NCBI GenBank assembly: GCA_034780895.1 | Contig: JAUZTB010000017.1 | Coordinates: 47,183,138-47,247,137 of the forward strand | Source of the DNA: Rhynchobatus australiae | Lineage: Eukaryota | Length of the DNA stretch: 64,000 bases | Direction: 5' to 3' | Shown here: positions 62,611-64,000 of the stretch, piece by piece | Numbering within the stretch: position 1 is the stretch's first letter | Layout: each line of letters begins with the position of its first letter | Notes under the pieces: model-generated | Told to the model about the DNA's origin: nothing | What the model saw: the letters and a program-made list of their open reading frames with translations, nothing else | The model's database searches: none | Position numbers and translations under genes: made by a program

Positions 62611-64000
62611 CCTACCTGAATCGGAATTTCTCGTTTGAACCAGTATATTGCGATTTCAACTTTGTCATCTGTCCGGGTCCTGTTTTGCATCCCACCACCG
62701 CCATTGTGGAAGATTACTCCAGAAGGCATCAAGTCAAGCATTTGGATATTTCTGGCATAAAGTCACCGATAGAAACGGGGACTTAGTTAGTCCTAAGAAG
62801 AAATGCGATTTGGCAATGAATAAATAAGGTTTGATGAGCAGAAGGATGCGGAGTTTGATGTAATAAGGAAGATTCGCTTCCCTGGTTACATGTTTGCCTT
62901 TGATGTGCCTAGAAACGATTTAGGAATTTCTTTGATCTTGTCCACCATTGATATTTTGCTTTCCTTCTTTTCCTTCCTGGTTACTTTCCAAGTACATTCC
63001 CAACACAGTCTCTATTGCTGATGAGAATCTCCTGCGTTCTGCTCCCTTCACAGGTACTTGCTTCTTTTCGAGCAACCCTCGTCATGCAGGCGCCTGATGC
63101 TTTCTGTGTTTTCCTTTCACATTTATTGCAACATTTTTATCCTGAACTACTGTCATTTCTCCTTTAAAATCTCTCACACCACATATAAAACGATTTTTAA
63201 CAAGCTGCTTCCTGGATACCTTTGCCAGGTTCCAATTCACGATATTATCATCGAACTTCCGCCAATTCTGGACTTTNNNNNNNNNNCTAGCTGGAAATTG
63301 CAAGAGTTTTGGTCACTGTTTCTAAAATGTTCTTGCAGTGACACCGCATCATTTGACTGGTTGTTTTCACTTGGATGAATTCGGATACTGCCTCTTCTCT
63401 GGTCGGTCCATCTGCATTCCAGCTCAAGTCCGCTCGCACCAATATGATCCCAGTTAGCATTGGGCAATGAACACCCCTGCTGCTGTCACCCTGTTACTTC
63501 CACATCTTTCTATGATTTGGCAACAGATCTTCTCCTCTGTCTCTTGCGGACGATAAGAAGGCCTACACTTCACGTCTCTTGAAGTGCTCGGGCTCTTTTT
63601 GTTGCGCATCTCTACCCATCCGGCCTAATTTGAAAGAGAAACCTTCCACTACTTCCTCTGAGTTTCACTTGCGGATTCGGGAGTTGGAGCGAGATTTGCA
63701 GCGGACCTTTGAAAAGAGGTGAGTACTTGTGCTTGAGCTGGTGACTGCCAGCTTGCAAGAGTCGAAACTAGGCATATTTGCAAATTGTTACGCACTGATT
63801 GGCTTCTCAACAGCAGCAAATAAAGGTAAGGCAAGTATAATCGGAGCGGCCATTGTGTGAGACGGCCAGTGTTGGAGTGCGGAGCTGAGGCTTTGGTTGA
63901 AGAAGCTTCAGGGAGAAGAGGCGCTGAGAATGGTCTGGTAAGTTCCTTTCATTCATTGATTTGTGTTCCCTGTTGTGCAGAGTAGTGAGAATGGCTCCAA

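Noticed and set aside
1-64000. Prokaryotic features (CRISPR arrays, operons) and rRNA/tRNA genes
   Set aside because: The sequence is intron-containing vertebrate DNA. No regularly spaced repeats or recognisable structural RNA genes were seen.

Overview
This is vertebrate genomic DNA from a cartilaginous fish, probably a ray or skate. That is inferred from the cluster-type IgH organisation, the shark-like IgM protein and the repeat content. It is a draft assembly with many N-gaps. The + strand carries one apparently intact immunoglobulin heavy-chain (IgM) cluster at 4.99-22.4 kb: leader, VH (RSS23), D1 (12/23), D2 (12/12), JH (RSS22), Cmu1-4 with secretory tail, TM1 and a duplicated TM2. It is followed by a two-exon GPR139-like orphan GPCR (29.5-31.5 kb, +). 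An intact T-cell-receptor alpha/delta-type V segment with leader and RSS23 lies on the - strand (41.7-42.2 kb), faces the IgM cluster and is bracketed by CTCF-like motifs. The rest is decayed CR1 and other LINEs, a Penelope-like fragment, a Tc1 remnant, and a Sushi-like chromovirus LTR family (solo LTRs and internally deleted elements with 5-bp TSDs). The main finding is the physical Ig-TCR linkage with 12/23-compatible RSS geometry. It needs long-read confirmation because gaps lie between the two genes.
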